Positions 47,059 through 47,175 of a stretch of DNA of 47,175 nt are shown here, piece after piece. The stretch lies in sequence record SRR22947727_2426; one strand, written 5' to 3'. Positions within the stretch are counted from its first letter, which is position 1; each line of letters begins with the position of its first letter. Made by a program: the position numbers and the translations under genes. Under the pieces are notes generated by a model. It worked only from the letters and a program-made list of their open reading frames with translations. It was not told where the DNA came from and did no database searches.

Positions 47059-47175
47059 ATGGCGAATAAAATCAAAACTCACGTAAAGAAAAACGACGAA
47101 GTTGTTGTTATCTCAGGTGCTCACAAGGGTGCTTCAGGTAAAGTTCTTCAAGTATTTCCAGAAAAAGGTCACGTT
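47059..47175 (+). CDS. rplX: 50S ribosomal protein L24 (5' part, runs off the window)
   Basis: ATG 47059: [39 protein letters not shown] (KOW motif), following rplN. Confidence 0.93.
   Translation, partial: MANKIKTHVKKNDEVVVISGAHKGASGKVLQVFPEKGHV

Overview
A 47-kb stretch of core bacterial chromosome, probably Verrucomicrobiota/PVC (inferred from gene repertoire and ribosomal-protein style, not from a search). Left and middle: housekeeping and envelope genes (PQQ-like propeller, L,D-transpeptidase, fabV, waaA, rsmD, a ~1390-aa membrane protein, a system II cytochrome c biogenesis operon, cysteine desulfurase, BatA/vWA plus a giant coiled-coil protein, Thermotoga-type RNase Z, lysS, metallophosphoesterase, DUF4838-like protein, msrA, arylsulfatase, stand-alone coaC). 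Right: tRNA-CAT and the str/S10/spc ribosomal-protein cluster (rpsL to partial rplX), with no tuf and with a non-ribosomal gene between rpsS and rplV. No transposase, integrase, CRISPR array or phage gene was seen. The main unexplained signal is a dispersed 53-bp bipartite DNA element, consensus TTTTAC-GAAY-N11-RTTC-NNN-GAAC-N11-RTTC-GTAAAA. Each 19-bp unit is a pseudo-palindrome around an asymmetric CCCTR core. Eight full copies lie at 7 loci, plus one half-site. The loci are quasi-regularly spaced (5.2-6.7 kb, with one 8.4-kb gap across the ribosomal genes). Copies occur regardless of gene context: inside waaA, inside the cysteine desulfurase without an apparent indel, over start and stop codons, and between genes. 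The left unit occurs in either orientation, while the right unit always reads CCCT on the + strand. This fits a candidate chromosome-organisation or protein-binding site system better than a transcription-factor regulon or a MITE. That functional reading is inference, and no cognate protein is recognisable in the window.
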